DNA from: an uncultured virus (IMG/VR IMGVR_UViG_3300046747_000409)
Taxonomy: Duplodnaviria; Heunggongvirae; Uroviricota; Caudoviricetes
Length of the DNA: 55,691 bases
Virus record (IMG/VR): IMGVR_UViG_3300046747_000409
Direction: 5' to 3' (one strand)
Shown: positions 9,628-18,952 of the stretch, piece after piece
How positions within the stretch are numbered: the first letter of the stretch is position 1
Layout: each line of letters starts with the position of its first letter
The notes under the pieces: generated by a model
Told to the model about the DNA's origin: nothing
The model's database searches: none
What the model saw: only the letters and a program-made list of their open reading frames with translations
Translations under genes and position numbers: made by a program

Positions 9628-10650
9628 ATGCTGGTGCTCGGTTACGTACGCGTCAGCACGATCGACCAGGAAAAGGGGTATGGGAAGGACGTGCAAGAGG
9701 GGGCGGTACGCGAGTACGCCAAGGCCCACAACTTCCCGGACATCGAAATCATCGAAGAGAGCGCCTCGGGCGAGAGTCTGGTCAAGCGCAAGGAGCTGCG
9801 TCAGATCATCGTTCGAGCGAAAGCAGCTCGCGCCGAGGGCGACGAAGTCCACGTCATCTTCTACAAGCTCGACCGCCTGTCGCGTCTCCTGACGGACCAG
9901 GAGGCGGTGGTGATGCAGGCGCTGGAGTACGGGTACCGCCTGCACTCGACCTACTCGGCCGAGGATGATTGCCTCGATCCGGCGTACGCTGGCGATCCAA
10001 TGCGCACCGCCATCCGGCAGGTGCTCGGAGCGTTCTCGCAGCTCGACCGCGCCACCGTGCAGGGTCGCATGGATTCGGGCCTCCACGAGAAGGCCAAGAC
10101 CGGCGGCAGCACCGGTGGGCGCACGCCGTTCGGGTACCTGTCGTCCAACCAGGAGCTGATCATTAACGAGCTGCAGCGGCCCGCGGTGGTGCGCCTGTTC
10201 CAGCTGAAGGAACGGGGCATCGATCTCGCCGGTACCGCTTCGGTGCTCGCTCGGGAATTTCCCAAGGAGTGCGGGCACTGGACCAAGACGCACACGATGC
10301 GCGCCCTCCGCCGTCGCGACCTCTACCAGCACGGGATCTATCGCTCTCGCGTAGGCGTCGACGCAGTCAAGCGTCCTGAGCTCATTATCCTGCCGACCGA
10401 CTTCTCGAACGTGAAGGCACCGCCGAAGCGTGAAGGCCCCATCGACTGGGACACGGTCGCCGACCCGGTCTCGATCAACACCCTGGCCCTGTTGCTGCGC
10501 GAGACGCCGGCAGCTATCCAGCGGCGTGTGACCGACAACGGCATCCAAGTGAGCTGGCTCAAGGGCCGGATGATGATCCCGCACGCAAGCGCCCAGACGA
10601 TCGAGCGGTTACATGTGGCCGATTCCGCCGTTACAACAGCCGGGACGTAA
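9628..10650 (+). CDS. serine recombinase (resolvase catalytic domain + recombinase domain + C-terminal Xis-like HTH)
   Basis: GYVRVSTIDQ, EESASG, YKLDRLSR, GGRTPFGY; tail PVSINTLALLLRETPAAIQRRV...KGRMMIP. Confidence 0.9.
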   Translation: MLVLGYVRVSTIDQEKGYGKDVQEGAVREYAKAHNFPDIEIIEESASGESLVKRKELRQIIVRAKAARAEGDEVHVIFYKLDRLSRLLTDQEAVVMQALEYGYRLHSTYSAEDDCLDPAYAGDPMRTAIRQVLGAFSQLDRATVQGRMDSGLHEKAKTGGSTGGRTPFGYLSSNQELIINELQRPAVVRLFQLKERGIDLAGTASVLAREFPKECGHWTKTHTMRALRRRDLYQHGIYRSRVGVDAVKRPELIILPTDFSNVKAPPKREGPIDWDTVADPVSINTLALLLRETPAAIQRRVTDNGIQVSWLKGRMMIPHASAQTIERLHVADSAVTTAGT

Positions 10651-10702
10651 CGGGTCAAAACACCTACTTGACGCGTTTCGACTCGGAGCAACACTGCCGG
10701 CC

Positions 10703-10927
10703 ATGGCACTCACACGGTTCACTCTGGCTGGCGGTCATCAGGTCGACGCGCCGACCCCACCGGAGGGCTACACGCTGCATCATTTCTGCGACATCACCGG
10801 CGTGCTGCTGCCTCCCATCAGCGTGGATAACATGATGGGCTTGAATTATTGGAACGGCAAGTCGTGGACCCACGTCACTCACCTCCCCATGCTGGGCATC
10901 CCCTGGTACGCAACGAAAGCACCATGA
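10703..10927 (+). CDS. hypothetical protein
   Basis: 74-aa ORF after TTGACG-N16-AACACT promoter-like site. Confidence 0.5.
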   Translation: MALTRFTLAGGHQVDAPTPPEGYTLHHFCDITGVLLPPISVDNMMGLNYWNGKSWTHVTHLPMLGIPWYATKAP

Positions 10928-11481
10928 GCAAGATCGAAAAACCTAAATCGATGGACATGTTTTTCATCGACAACCGCGCCTCTTTCACCAGCGAGGCGGT
11001 CCTGGCCGGTGACCTCATCCTGGCGCCGGACGACGGCGTCTACCCTCGCGCCGTTCCGGTCGCTTCCGCCACGCACCCCGCCTTCGACGGCCGCGTGGTG
11101 GTGATGGCAGGCAACCGCACCCTGGTGGTCGCGCTGGTGCATGGCGCCAAGTCCGACAGAGACGTGCAGACCATCATGTCGGCGATGCCGAAGAGCGCGA
11201 AGGAGGGCCGCGTGAACCAGTACGTGGTGGCCCTCGATCCGATCGTGCACCGCGTCGTCTCCCACGCTTACCAGGAGCAGGAAGGCGACGTGCCCGCGAA
11301 CGTCACGCTGGGCAAGATCCTGGTGGCGATGGCGACCGAGCACCCGACCGAGACCGACAACCTGCGCATCGCCCTGCGGCACGCCCTGCGCCACGGCAAA
11401 GAGGATCTGGGCATGACTCCGGACGTGTGGCAGTCCCTGTCCGAAATGGCCGAGATCCTCGACGCTGAGCGGGAGGCATAA
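10924..11481 (+). CDS. hypothetical protein
   Basis: ATGA overlap, strong GC3 bias. Confidence 0.7.
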   Translation: MSKIEKPKSMDMFFIDNRASFTSEAVLAGDLILAPDDGVYPRAVPVASATHPAFDGRVVVMAGNRTLVVALVHGAKSDRDVQTIMSAMPKSAKEGRVNQYVVALDPIVHRVVSHAYQEQEGDVPANVTLGKILVAMATEHPTETDNLRIALRHALRHGKEDLGMTPDVWQSLSEMAEILDAEREA

Positions 11482-12359
11482 TGGCCAGTCTCAAAAGCAT
11501 CGCCGCCGGGCGCAGTGACGTCTTCAGCGTCGACCCTGAAGACCTCACGCTGGTGACGGATCCGGCCAGCCCGATCTACGACGAGCGCGTCCATCTGCCG
11601 GTCGAAGCAGATTTCCTCGCTTCCATCATGGAGCACGGCGTCAAGGAGGCGGTCAAGGTCAAGCGCAACGGCGACCGCTGGGAGGTCGTCAACGGCCGCC
11701 AGCGGGTGAAGGCGGCACGCAAGGCCAACAAGATCTTCGAGGCCGCCGGCAAAGAGAAGATGTTCGTCCCAACGACACTGGAGCAGGCCGACGAGAAACA
11801 GGCCATGAAGCTCATGGTGGCGCTCAACGAGCATCGCCGGGACGACGACCCGATCACCAAGGCCAACAAAGCCCGGCGCATGCGCGACAAGCAGATCCCC
11901 GAGAAGGAGGTCGCCGCCCAGTTCGGGCTCAAGGTGGGTCAGCTGCGCGAGCTCATGAAGGTGCTCGATACCACGCCCAAGGTCCAGAAGTTGGTGGCCA
12001 ACGGCGAATTGTCCGTGCAAACCGCCGCAGGCATCAGCGACCTCCCTCGTGAGGAGCAGGATGCCAAGATCGAGGAGCTGAAGGCGACGGTGGGCCTCAA
12101 CCGCACGACGGTCGCCGCCACCGTGAAAGCCCGGAAGGTCGCCAAGGAGACAGGAAACGACGTAGCGATCACGGTCGCACCCAAGCGAGCACTCGTACTC
12201 GCCCTGGCCGACGACCTCACCAAGAACGCCCCCGGCATCGCAGCCTTGCTGTACTGGGTGCTCACCGGCAAAGGTGCCGAGCAGGCCGTCGGTCCTGATG
12301 GTCGCCCACTCACTAAGTGGCTCGAAGCTCCCCCCAAGCGCGCCAAGAAGGCAGAGTAA
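11481..12359 (+). CDS. ParB/Srx-like N-terminal domain plus HTH protein
   Basis: SIMEHGVKEAVKV...EVVNGRQRVKAA (ParB box), then HTH EKEVAAQFGLKVGQLREL. Confidence 0.85.
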   Translation: MASLKSIAAGRSDVFSVDPEDLTLVTDPASPIYDERVHLPVEADFLASIMEHGVKEAVKVKRNGDRWEVVNGRQRVKAARKANKIFEAAGKEKMFVPTTLEQADEKQAMKLMVALNEHRRDDDPITKANKARRMRDKQIPEKEVAAQFGLKVGQLRELMKVLDTTPKVQKLVANGELSVQTAAGISDLPREEQDAKIEELKATVGLNRTTVAATVKARKVAKETGNDVAITVAPKRALVLALADDLTKNAPGIAALLYWVLTGKGAEQAVGPDGRPLTKWLEAPPKRAKKAE

Positions 12360-13207
12360 TGGCAAAGGCCCCTCCCGAGGAAGCAAAGCTGGTCAAGGCC
12401 GAGCGCAAGGAGGCGCTGGCCCGCTCCGTGGTCGAGACACCCGCCGGTCAGCGCCGGTTGGTGGGTATCATCCAGTTCTTCACCCAGGCGCACCGTCAAC
12501 CCCATGAGCGCTTCTGCGTGTACTGCTCCGGCGTCGGCTCGGTCGCCCTGGCAGCGATCGTCGAGCTCCACGTCATGCACCTGCCGGAGCACCGTAATGG
12601 GGTGGCGGGCGCCATCCGGGGCTTGATCCAATTGGCCGAGCGCCGCGGGTGCCCCATCTTCGGGTGGCTTCCCTCCGTCTATCAGCCGCTGATCGACTCC
12701 AGCCGCAAGATGGAGCCGTCACCCATCGACTCCAGCATCACCCTGCCGGGCAACGTCGACTACCTGTGGATGCAGTGGCTCGTCTGTCGCGATCCGGCGA
12801 TCATCACCCGCCTCGGTGTGTTGGCGCGACGGACAGACGCCGTCGGGCAACAAGCGCTCCAGGTCTTTTTCATCAACGGCCAGATGCCCGAGGTGGTGAA
12901 GGCCTTGCAGCAGATGCACGAGCAGACGCTGCGCGAAGCGACACCCTCAGGCACGCCGACGTCGTACGTCCCCACGGTCTCGATCCATGCCCTGCGCCGT
13001 CACATCACCGCAGATCCGATGGCGCGGCAGCTGGTGGTGTGGATCGGCTGGGATCCGGGTAAGGCGATCGTGCTCAGCACCCGGGACGGGCTCCTTCCTG
13101 CCGGCATCCCCGCGACGTGGGACGGACACAAGGTGCAGACACGTCAGGCGACCGATCAGGAGCTGGAAGCGGCGGCGAAGGCCCGCGAGCTCGCGGAGGA
13201 GCCATGA
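12359..13207 (+). CDS. hypothetical protein, paralog of 22301..22999
   Basis: GVAGAIRGLI and GNVDYLWMQW match GVLGAIQGLM and GNNDYWIGKW in the 22301 protein. Confidence 0.65.
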   Translation: MAKAPPEEAKLVKAERKEALARSVVETPAGQRRLVGIIQFFTQAHRQPHERFCVYCSGVGSVALAAIVELHVMHLPEHRNGVAGAIRGLIQLAERRGCPIFGWLPSVYQPLIDSSRKMEPSPIDSSITLPGNVDYLWMQWLVCRDPAIITRLGVLARRTDAVGQQALQVFFINGQMPEVVKALQQMHEQTLREATPSGTPTSYVPTVSIHALRRHITADPMARQLVVWIGWDPGKAIVLSTRDGLLPAGIPATWDGHKVQTRQATDQELEAAAKARELAEEP

Positions 13208-13977
13208 CCACGCCCTTGATGCTCTCCGACCTGCGTGCTGCAGCAGCGCTTTCGGCCGCGGCGTACCTGCACAGTGCGACGCACATGGATGAATGCATCA
13301 GCCCGTTCGGCTGGCGCGTCCACGACGACATCCAGCGCGACAGCAACCGGGTGCTGATCTGCTTCAACGACATCCTCAGCGTCGCTGCCATCGTCTTCCG
13401 CGGCTCGGCGAATCGCCAGAACTGGCTGGAGAACCTGGACGCGCGCTTGTATCGAGCGGAGGACGGAGGCAGCACGCACTACGGCTTCACCGAGGAGTAC
13501 CTCGCGCTCCATGCGGAGGTGCAGGAGCGCTTCAACCTCCTGATGGAGGATCGCCGGTACCCGAGCTTACTGGTGACTGGCCACAGCCTGGGCGGGGCGC
13601 TCGCCTGCTTGTGCGCGTACCGTCTCCGCACCGCGCTCCCGAGCCCCGAACTCCGGGTCATCACGTTTGGTCAGCCACGCGTCGGGACCATGTACTGGCA
13701 GAGCATGTATAACGCCTGCATCCCGAACACGCTCCGGGTGGTGCATGCGTACGACGACGTGCCCCTGCTTCCAGGCGTCCCTTTCCATCACGTCGGCACG
13801 TTGCTGCACCTGGACAGCCAAGGGCGCGAGATCAGCGCCCCCGGCCGCTGGTGCGTCGCCATGCTGCAGTGGATCCGCGGCGTGTTCCGTTACCCGAAGG
13901 CAGGGGTGCTCGATCACTTACTGCCGTCTTATATCACCACGATTAACAAGATGAGTCCAACATGGTCGACGAAGTAA
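13204..13977 (+). CDS. class 3 lipase (alpha/beta hydrolase)
   Basis: VFRGS, HYGF, TGHSLGGALA, TFGQPRVG, RVVHAYDDVPLLP, DH..PSY. Confidence 0.9.
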   Translation: MTTPLMLSDLRAAAALSAAAYLHSATHMDECISPFGWRVHDDIQRDSNRVLICFNDILSVAAIVFRGSANRQNWLENLDARLYRAEDGGSTHYGFTEEYLALHAEVQERFNLLMEDRRYPSLLVTGHSLGGALACLCAYRLRTALPSPELRVITFGQPRVGTMYWQSMYNACIPNTLRVVHAYDDVPLLPGVPFHHVGTLLHLDSQGREISAPGRWCVAMLQWIRGVFRYPKAGVLDHLLPSYITTINKMSPTWSTK

Positions 13978-14384
13978 AAGCCTTTCGGCAGACAGCACCT
14001 GCCCACCCGGAGCAGTTGATTGCCGACGCGGTCCAGAAGATGCTGGACGCGCCTCACGGGTGGTTGCGCTTCAACAACGCCCCGCTCGAAAAGCGCGAGG
14101 CCGCCCCGGTCCATCTCCGCTTCGACCAGATCCAGGCTTTCATCCCTCTGGGACCGCACATGGAGATCCGCATCGAAGGGGGTGCCGCGTGGGTGGTGAC
14201 CGAAAACTATCTAGCGTTTGGTCGCTTGATCAGCGCGCTTGATCGGGTGCGGACGTACATCGAGAACAACACGTCCGACGGGGAACTACTCTCTCGCTTC
14301 ACGTCCGAGTTCCACGGACGACTGCCCGCGCTGCACTCCCTTCAGGCCGCGCAGATCCGCGCCCTTTGCCGGGGGCTGCGGTGA
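13962..14384 (+). CDS. hypothetical protein
   Basis: 140-aa ORF. Confidence 0.6.
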   Translation: MVDEVKAFRQTAPAHPEQLIADAVQKMLDAPHGWLRFNNAPLEKREAAPVHLRFDQIQAFIPLGPHMEIRIEGGAAWVVTENYLAFGRLISALDRVRTYIENNTSDGELLSRFTSEFHGRLPALHSLQAAQIRALCRGLR

Positions 14385-14701
14385 GAGCCCACGAGTATTT
14401 CATCGCGTTCGTCTTCGCGCTTGCGGTAGCGATCGGGGTGCTCCTGTCGATTTTCTCAGGCCACCAACCCGCCCCAGCGCTGGAGGCGGTCGAGAAGCCC
14501 GCTCATGTTCCGGAGATAGGCATGGGGGTGGAGGTGATGGTCACCGCCACCAAGGAGACAGGCGTGATCGTCGACTTCCTCGGATACCCTGCCCGGTGGT
14601 CCGTGCGTTTCGATGCGGGGTACACCCCCGATTCGCGGGACCGGTACACCATCGTTCCGTTCTTCACCACCGAGCTGCAGGCCCTGCCTCTTTCCAAATA
14701 A
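14381..14701 (+). CDS. membrane-anchored protein with SH3/KOW-like beta domain
   Basis: N-terminal TM, then IGMGVEVMV...ETGVIVDF. Confidence 0.55.
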   Translation: MRAHEYFIAFVFALAVAIGVLLSIFSGHQPAPALEAVEKPAHVPEIGMGVEVMVTATKETGVIVDFLGYPARWSVRFDAGYTPDSRDRYTIVPFFTTELQALPLSK

Positions 14702-14721
14702 CCAACACCCAGGAGTTCATC

Positions 14722-15321
14722 ATGCCCGTCTATCGCAACGCCTCCGACGCCGTCGCCCCCGGCACGTCCTTCTTCAACCTCTTGCTCCTGACGCTGGAGA
14801 GCGTCGTTAAAGTCGGCGAGCTGAAGACGATCACGCTCGATGACGATGTACCGCGCACGGCAATGGGCCACTTCGAGGGAGTCTCGGCCATGACCATGAA
14901 AGACACCCTCATCCTCATGGACGGGGTGATGGCCCTCGGCGTTAAAATTGAGTACACTCCGGCGAAGATCTACAACCCACATGAAATGCACGGGTACGCC
15001 CGATTCGAGGGTTACGGTGGTCTCGGAGAGATAGCGGGTGCCGTTGGTAACAGTATGGAAAATATCGGCGATCGATTGAGAGGCGTGGCCAAAGCCCTGG
15101 TCAACCCGAACACCAAGCCGGAGGTGAAGGAACCGGCCCCCGCGGTCACGCAGGAGGCGGCATGGGCCATCACCGTGCGCTCGGCCAAGCAACCCAAAGG
15201 CTTTCAGGTCACGGGCACCGTGTTCGATGACGCCGCGATCGAATCGGCGTTCATGTACATCATCGAACAACTGGAGGCGGTGCGCAAAGAGCTGAACGCC
15301 CGCAACACCCCGATTACCTGA
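14722..15321 (+). CDS. hypothetical protein whose N-terminus mimics the capsid protein N-terminus
   Basis: AGGAG RBS; starts MPVYRNASDA versus MPVYRQASDA of 34850..35428. Confidence 0.75.
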   Translation: MPVYRNASDAVAPGTSFFNLLLLTLESVVKVGELKTITLDDDVPRTAMGHFEGVSAMTMKDTLILMDGVMALGVKIEYTPAKIYNPHEMHGYARFEGYGGLGEIAGAVGNSMENIGDRLRGVAKALVNPNTKPEVKEPAPAVTQEAAWAITVRSAKQPKGFQVTGTVFDDAAIESAFMYIIEQLEAVRKELNARNTPIT

Positions 15322-15427
15322 TCGTGGGCTGGTTCGGCTATTCATGGGCAGGGGTCGACCGTCGCAAGCCGTGGCGGTACCCCGGCATCCCCATCCCTCA
15401 CCGCCTTCAACGCAGGTACAAGTAATC

Positions 15428-15745
15428 ATGCCCCATTTCCTCGATCACCTCGCCGACGTGCGCAGCGTCATCAGCGTGTACGCCATGAGCCTGGAAGGCG
15501 AGTCATTGCGCCCTATCGCAGTCAAGGGCATCACCTCCTACGCAGGATACGGCGTGATCGCACCTGCGCTCCGGGCCGAGTACAAAGCGGCCATCAAAGG
15601 CGCGAAGGCAAACGCAGTGGCCGCGTTGACCTACTTCGGAGCACCTCAACACGACGAGTACGTGAGGATCGCCACTCGGTACGCCGTGGCCGCGCTGCGC
15701 ATCCAGAAGCTGATGATCAAGTACACGGTCTCCCATGGCCGATAA
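15428..15745 (+). CDS. hypothetical protein
   Basis: 105-aa ORF from the internal ATG. Confidence 0.6.
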   Translation: MPHFLDHLADVRSVISVYAMSLEGESLRPIAVKGITSYAGYGVIAPALRAEYKAAIKGAKANAVAALTYFGAPQHDEYVRIATRYAVAALRIQKLMIKYTVSHGR

Positions 15746-15983
15746 CGCCCACGACACCATTCAGGTTCTGGGCGGGTGCGCCGTGGTGATCGCCATCGTG
15801 GCGGGAATCGCCTGGGGCACGACCGTCACCGACCGTGAGGCCATCGCCGCCGGGTATGAACAGCAAGCGATCGTGACGCCTACTCAGCCGGGATACGGCC
15901 CACGTGTCGATGTGGTCTGGCGGAAAGCCCCGGCGCCTGCGATGGTGACCGCCCCTGTTGCCGAGGTGGAGACGCCCAAGTGA
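15735..15983 (+). CDS. small membrane protein
   Basis: N-terminal TM segment. Confidence 0.55.
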   Translation: MADNAHDTIQVLGGCAVVIAIVAGIAWGTTVTDREAIAAGYEQQAIVTPTQPGYGPRVDVVWRKAPAPAMVTAPVAEVETPK

Positions 15984-16318
15984 ATAACCACCTGGGCGTC
16001 TCCGTCGCGCATCTGACGCCAGGGCAGGTCCGCATCGCCAAGATCCTTCTCGATACCAACGGTCCGGTGAGGTCACGTACGGTTGCGGAAGCGATGGGGT
16101 ATAAGCACCTGGGCGGCTCAAACGAATCAGGTACGTATCGCGCTCAGAGGCAGTTGATCAAGATGGTCGAATTAGGTCTCTGCACGCAGCACCCCTGGGG
16201 CTCGTTAGAACATCAGTTTTTACTCACGCTGAAAGGGAAGGCAGCAATTCAGCGCACCAGGAACGCCGCCTTTATCAGGGAGTTCTCCAAATCAGAAAGC
16301 TGCAACGAGGATCGGTAA
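15980..16318 (+). CDS. winged-helix DNA-binding protein
   Basis: LTPGQVRIAKIL...SRTVAEAMG...LIKMVELGL...FLLTLKG wHTH pattern. Confidence 0.6.
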   Translation: MNNHLGVSVAHLTPGQVRIAKILLDTNGPVRSRTVAEAMGYKHLGGSNESGTYRAQRQLIKMVELGLCTQHPWGSLEHQFLLTLKGKAAIQRTRNAAFIREFSKSESCNEDR

Positions 16319-16514
16319 TTTCCTCTCAATTTCCTCTCAAATACGGGTCGCGCCGGCGCACGCAGCGTGAGCAAAGCTGTAAGTCCTTGCAAATACTGCA
16401 CTTAAAAAATAGCTAGTGACAAATGTGGCCGCATGTGTAACTTGGTAGGACTGAGAATGAGCCGAGACGAAATTGAGTGAGAATTAACAGGGAACCACCC
16501 TAAGCCCTTTAGGG
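16317..16514. promoter_or_regulatory. AT-richer intergenic element with nested inverted and direct repeats (origin- or recombination-site-like)
   Basis: AATTTCCTCTC x2 (16317-16338); inverted imperfect copy GAGACGAAATTGAGTGAGAATT (16464-16485, 18/22); central TAAGT-N15-ACTTA (16380-16404); CCCTAA/TTAGGG hairpin (16498-16514). Confidence 0.5.
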
Positions 16515-16526
16515 CAAGAGGTTAAG

Positions 16527-16799
16527 ATGGATAACGGTACTGCGTACGTGATCGGCGCCCTTTTAGGAGTGATGCTGGGATGTCTCGGCACACTGGCGAT
16601 TCAGGCGATTAACGGGCACGGCGAGCAACACCAGCTGCGCGAACAACGCGATCAGGTCTACAATGAAGCCGTTCGCCGTGGTTTCGGGGAGTACAACAAC
16701 GGCAATTTCGTCTGGGAGAAGGCCTACGATCGCGCCAGACCGACGATCGGCACCAAGGACGTGGTTACGCCCCTGATGCTGGAAAAGGCCGCCCAATGA
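16527..16799 (+). CDS. small membrane protein
   Basis: GAGG RBS, N-terminal TM. Confidence 0.6.
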   Translation: MDNGTAYVIGALLGVMLGCLGTLAIQAINGHGEQHQLREQRDQVYNEAVRRGFGEYNNGNFVWEKAYDRARPTIGTKDVVTPLMLEKAAQ

Positions 16800-17017
16800 A
16801 CGCCGAGAAGACAGCTCTGTTTATAAAGGAGCTCAGGGAGTTGTTCATCAAGCACGACGTCTCTATCGACACCTTCGCTAATTACGCGGGTGATGAAGAC
16901 ACCTTCTGCGGGACGGACTTCAGCATCGAAAGCAATAAACGCATCGAAGGCGCTCTCGATATATACATCGAGCTCAAAGGCGATTTCCTTGATCAATTGT
17001 ATACGGCAACCACATGA
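16796..17017 (+). CDS. hypothetical protein
   Basis: ATGA-coupled ORF. Confidence 0.6.
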   Translation: MNAEKTALFIKELRELFIKHDVSIDTFANYAGDEDTFCGTDFSIESNKRIEGALDIYIELKGDFLDQLYTATT

Positions 17018-17397
17018 GAGAAGCCGGCCTGACCTTCCTCATCCTCGCCGTGCTCATCGCGATGATAGTTGCGATCAAGGCCGCGGCTGATCGAACCGCC
17101 AATGAGGAAGCCGTGCAGGTGGTATTCAATGCACGACACACGGCAGCAGTCGAAGCGGCCATCAAACGTCGCGTCGATCTCGAAGCCGCCAAGGCCGCGA
17201 AGCTGGCGGCCGAGCTGCCCGTGGAGGTCGTTAAGCCTCCCCCGGTGATCGGCATCGGCGACAAGGTCAGGATCTGGGGTGACAAGCTGCACGGTCGCGT
17301 CCTGCAGGTCACGGCGCCCCTGTTCCTGGTCCGCGTCGACGGCTCGCTCGCCGAGGTGCGCTTCTTCCGGGATGAGCTCGAACCGGAGGCACGATGA
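17014..17397 (+). CDS. membrane-anchored protein with C-terminal KOW/SH3-like domain
   Basis: TM, then IGDKVRIWGDKLHGRVLQV. Confidence 0.6.
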   Translation: MREAGLTFLILAVLIAMIVAIKAAADRTANEEAVQVVFNARHTAAVEAAIKRRVDLEAAKAAKLAAELPVEVVKPPPVIGIGDKVRIWGDKLHGRVLQVTAPLFLVRVDGSLAEVRFFRDELEPEAR

Positions 17398-17684
17398 GCG
17401 AGGCAGTCACATCCATGGCCGAGCGTTGCACGAACCTGAAGGAGATCGCCGATCCCGAGGCAATCGTGACCCAGCAGATGAACATCGAGCTCGGGCTGAT
17501 GTGTGGAGGGGTCGTGGTCGCCATCAAGGTCGCTGCGTTCAACGGGGGAGTCACCTGCGAGCACATGAAGGGACCGGGCTGGCTGTCGGCGAAGCACCAC
17601 TTCAAGTTCACCGCTAAGCGCAAGGTGATGGGGAAGTTCATGTACGCGCTCGACAACTACATCAACGGGATTCAGGCATCATGA
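17394..17684 (+). CDS. hypothetical protein
   Basis: ATGA-coupled ORF. Confidence 0.6.
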   Translation: MSEAVTSMAERCTNLKEIADPEAIVTQQMNIELGLMCGGVVVAIKVAAFNGGVTCEHMKGPGWLSAKHHFKFTAKRKVMGKFMYALDNYINGIQAS

Positions 17685-17842
17685 TCTTCTGGCTCTGGCG
17701 GCGCATTCTCGGAATCAATCACGACCATCAGTGGGAGACGGTCGAAAAGGGTGTGGTGAACGAGCTCGGCACTCCCGTGGGCAGGTTCATCGTCCTTCGC
17801 TGCAGTAAATGCGGCGACTACAAGATCAGGAAGCTGGTATGA
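17681..17842 (+). CDS. small Zn-finger-like protein (53 aa)
   Basis: Hand-translated: HDHQW...RCSKCG; ATGA overlaps at both ends. Confidence 0.55.
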   Translation: MIFWLWRRILGINHDHQWETVEKGVVNELGTPVGRFIVLRCSKCGDYKIRKLV

Positions 17843-18048
17843 GAATCGTACGTCTCGACGTCCCCAAGTGCCCTCGGTGCCAGAAAAAGCACGAGCAGTT
17901 GGGCTTCCTGGTCCTCAGGCCACACCTGACCGGGCTGAGCTGCTGGACCATGACGAAGTGGACGCTGTGCCCGAATCAAGGCACGCCCGTCTTCTACGGG
18001 TTCTGGGCACCCTTCAAAGGCCCGCGCCGTCCACCCGAGTTCAAGTAG
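17839..18048 (+). CDS. small Cys-rich protein
   Basis: CPRCQKKH...CPNQGTPV. Confidence 0.55.
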   Translation: MRIVRLDVPKCPRCQKKHEQLGFLVLRPHLTGLSCWTMTKWTLCPNQGTPVFYGFWAPFKGPRRPPEFK

Positions 18049-18054
18049 GCACCC

Positions 18055-18318
18055 ATGAGCGACCCTCTCCCCGGCGAACACCTGTGCATCAAGCATCAAG
18101 GCAACACCTCCCACTACGCCGAACACAACTGCACCCTCTGCAAGCTGCAGAAGCGGTTGGTCGTGACCGACGCCATGGTGGAGCAGGCGTGCGAAGCTGC
18201 GTACGAGACCGGGAGCTGGGGTCCGGGCGATTGGGACGAGTGCTGCGAGAAAGACCCCGAGGAGGCGGACGGTCACCGCCAGATGGTCCGACTCATCCTG
18301 AATGCCGCGCACAAATGA
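18055..18318 (+). CDS. hypothetical Cys/His-rich protein
   Basis: CIKHQ..SHY..HNCTLC; VTDAMVE. Confidence 0.6.
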   Translation: MSDPLPGEHLCIKHQGNTSHYAEHNCTLCKLQKRLVVTDAMVEQACEAAYETGSWGPGDWDECCEKDPEEADGHRQMVRLILNAAHK

Positions 18319-18536
18319 GCGACACTCCCTCGGACGAGCCACGCGCCGCGTTCACGCCCACGATCATACATTCTAACCGCCCCGAGACCGTCATCCCTGA
18401 GATCACCAACGCGCTGGTCCAGAAGTCACTCACTGCCTTTCGGGCGCACCCGCCTTCGGTCGGTGGCTCGCATGTCGATTACACAGAAGCCATGCGAGCC
18501 GCTCTCACGGTCGCGTTTCGGGAAGCACACCAATGA
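18315..18536 (+). CDS. hypothetical protein
   Basis: ATGA-coupled ORF. Confidence 0.55.
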   Translation: MSDTPSDEPRAAFTPTIIHSNRPETVIPEITNALVQKSLTAFRAHPPSVGGSHVDYTEAMRAALTVAFREAHQ

Positions 18537-18952
18537 GCTGGGACGATGATCAACTCCGGAAACTGTGGACCACTGCCGGTGGTAGATTCCACGGACCCAA
18601 CGTGGAGACCGGGACCATGCCAGAGGCGCTCTTGCTGCCGTTCCTGCGCAGGTTGCTCGGAGGTAATGTGGTTTACATCGCGCCCACTCCCGCACCGAAA
18701 CCCAAGGTACCAGTGGCCCTGTCTCCTGAGGCGTACCAGCTCCTGGATCAAACCGAGAGCAGTGAACTCCCGAAGGCCTACGCGGTTATGATCAAGCGCG
18801 CGGCCGACAACCTTGAACTGCTCGACCCCGTGAACCATGCCGGATCTGACACGCACCACTTCACGGCTGACTTCACCTTGCTGACGCTAAAGATGACGTA
18901 CCGGTACGTGGATGGGACCATCTACGTGGACAAGCTGGAGGTGACGTCATGA
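18533..18952 (+). CDS. hypothetical protein
   Basis: ATGA-coupled; AGGRFHGPNVETGTMPE. Confidence 0.6.
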   Translation: MSWDDDQLRKLWTTAGGRFHGPNVETGTMPEALLLPFLRRLLGGNVVYIAPTPAPKPKVPVALSPEAYQLLDQTESSELPKAYAVMIKRAADNLELLDPVNHAGSDTHHFTADFTLLTLKMTYRYVDGTIYVDKLEVTS

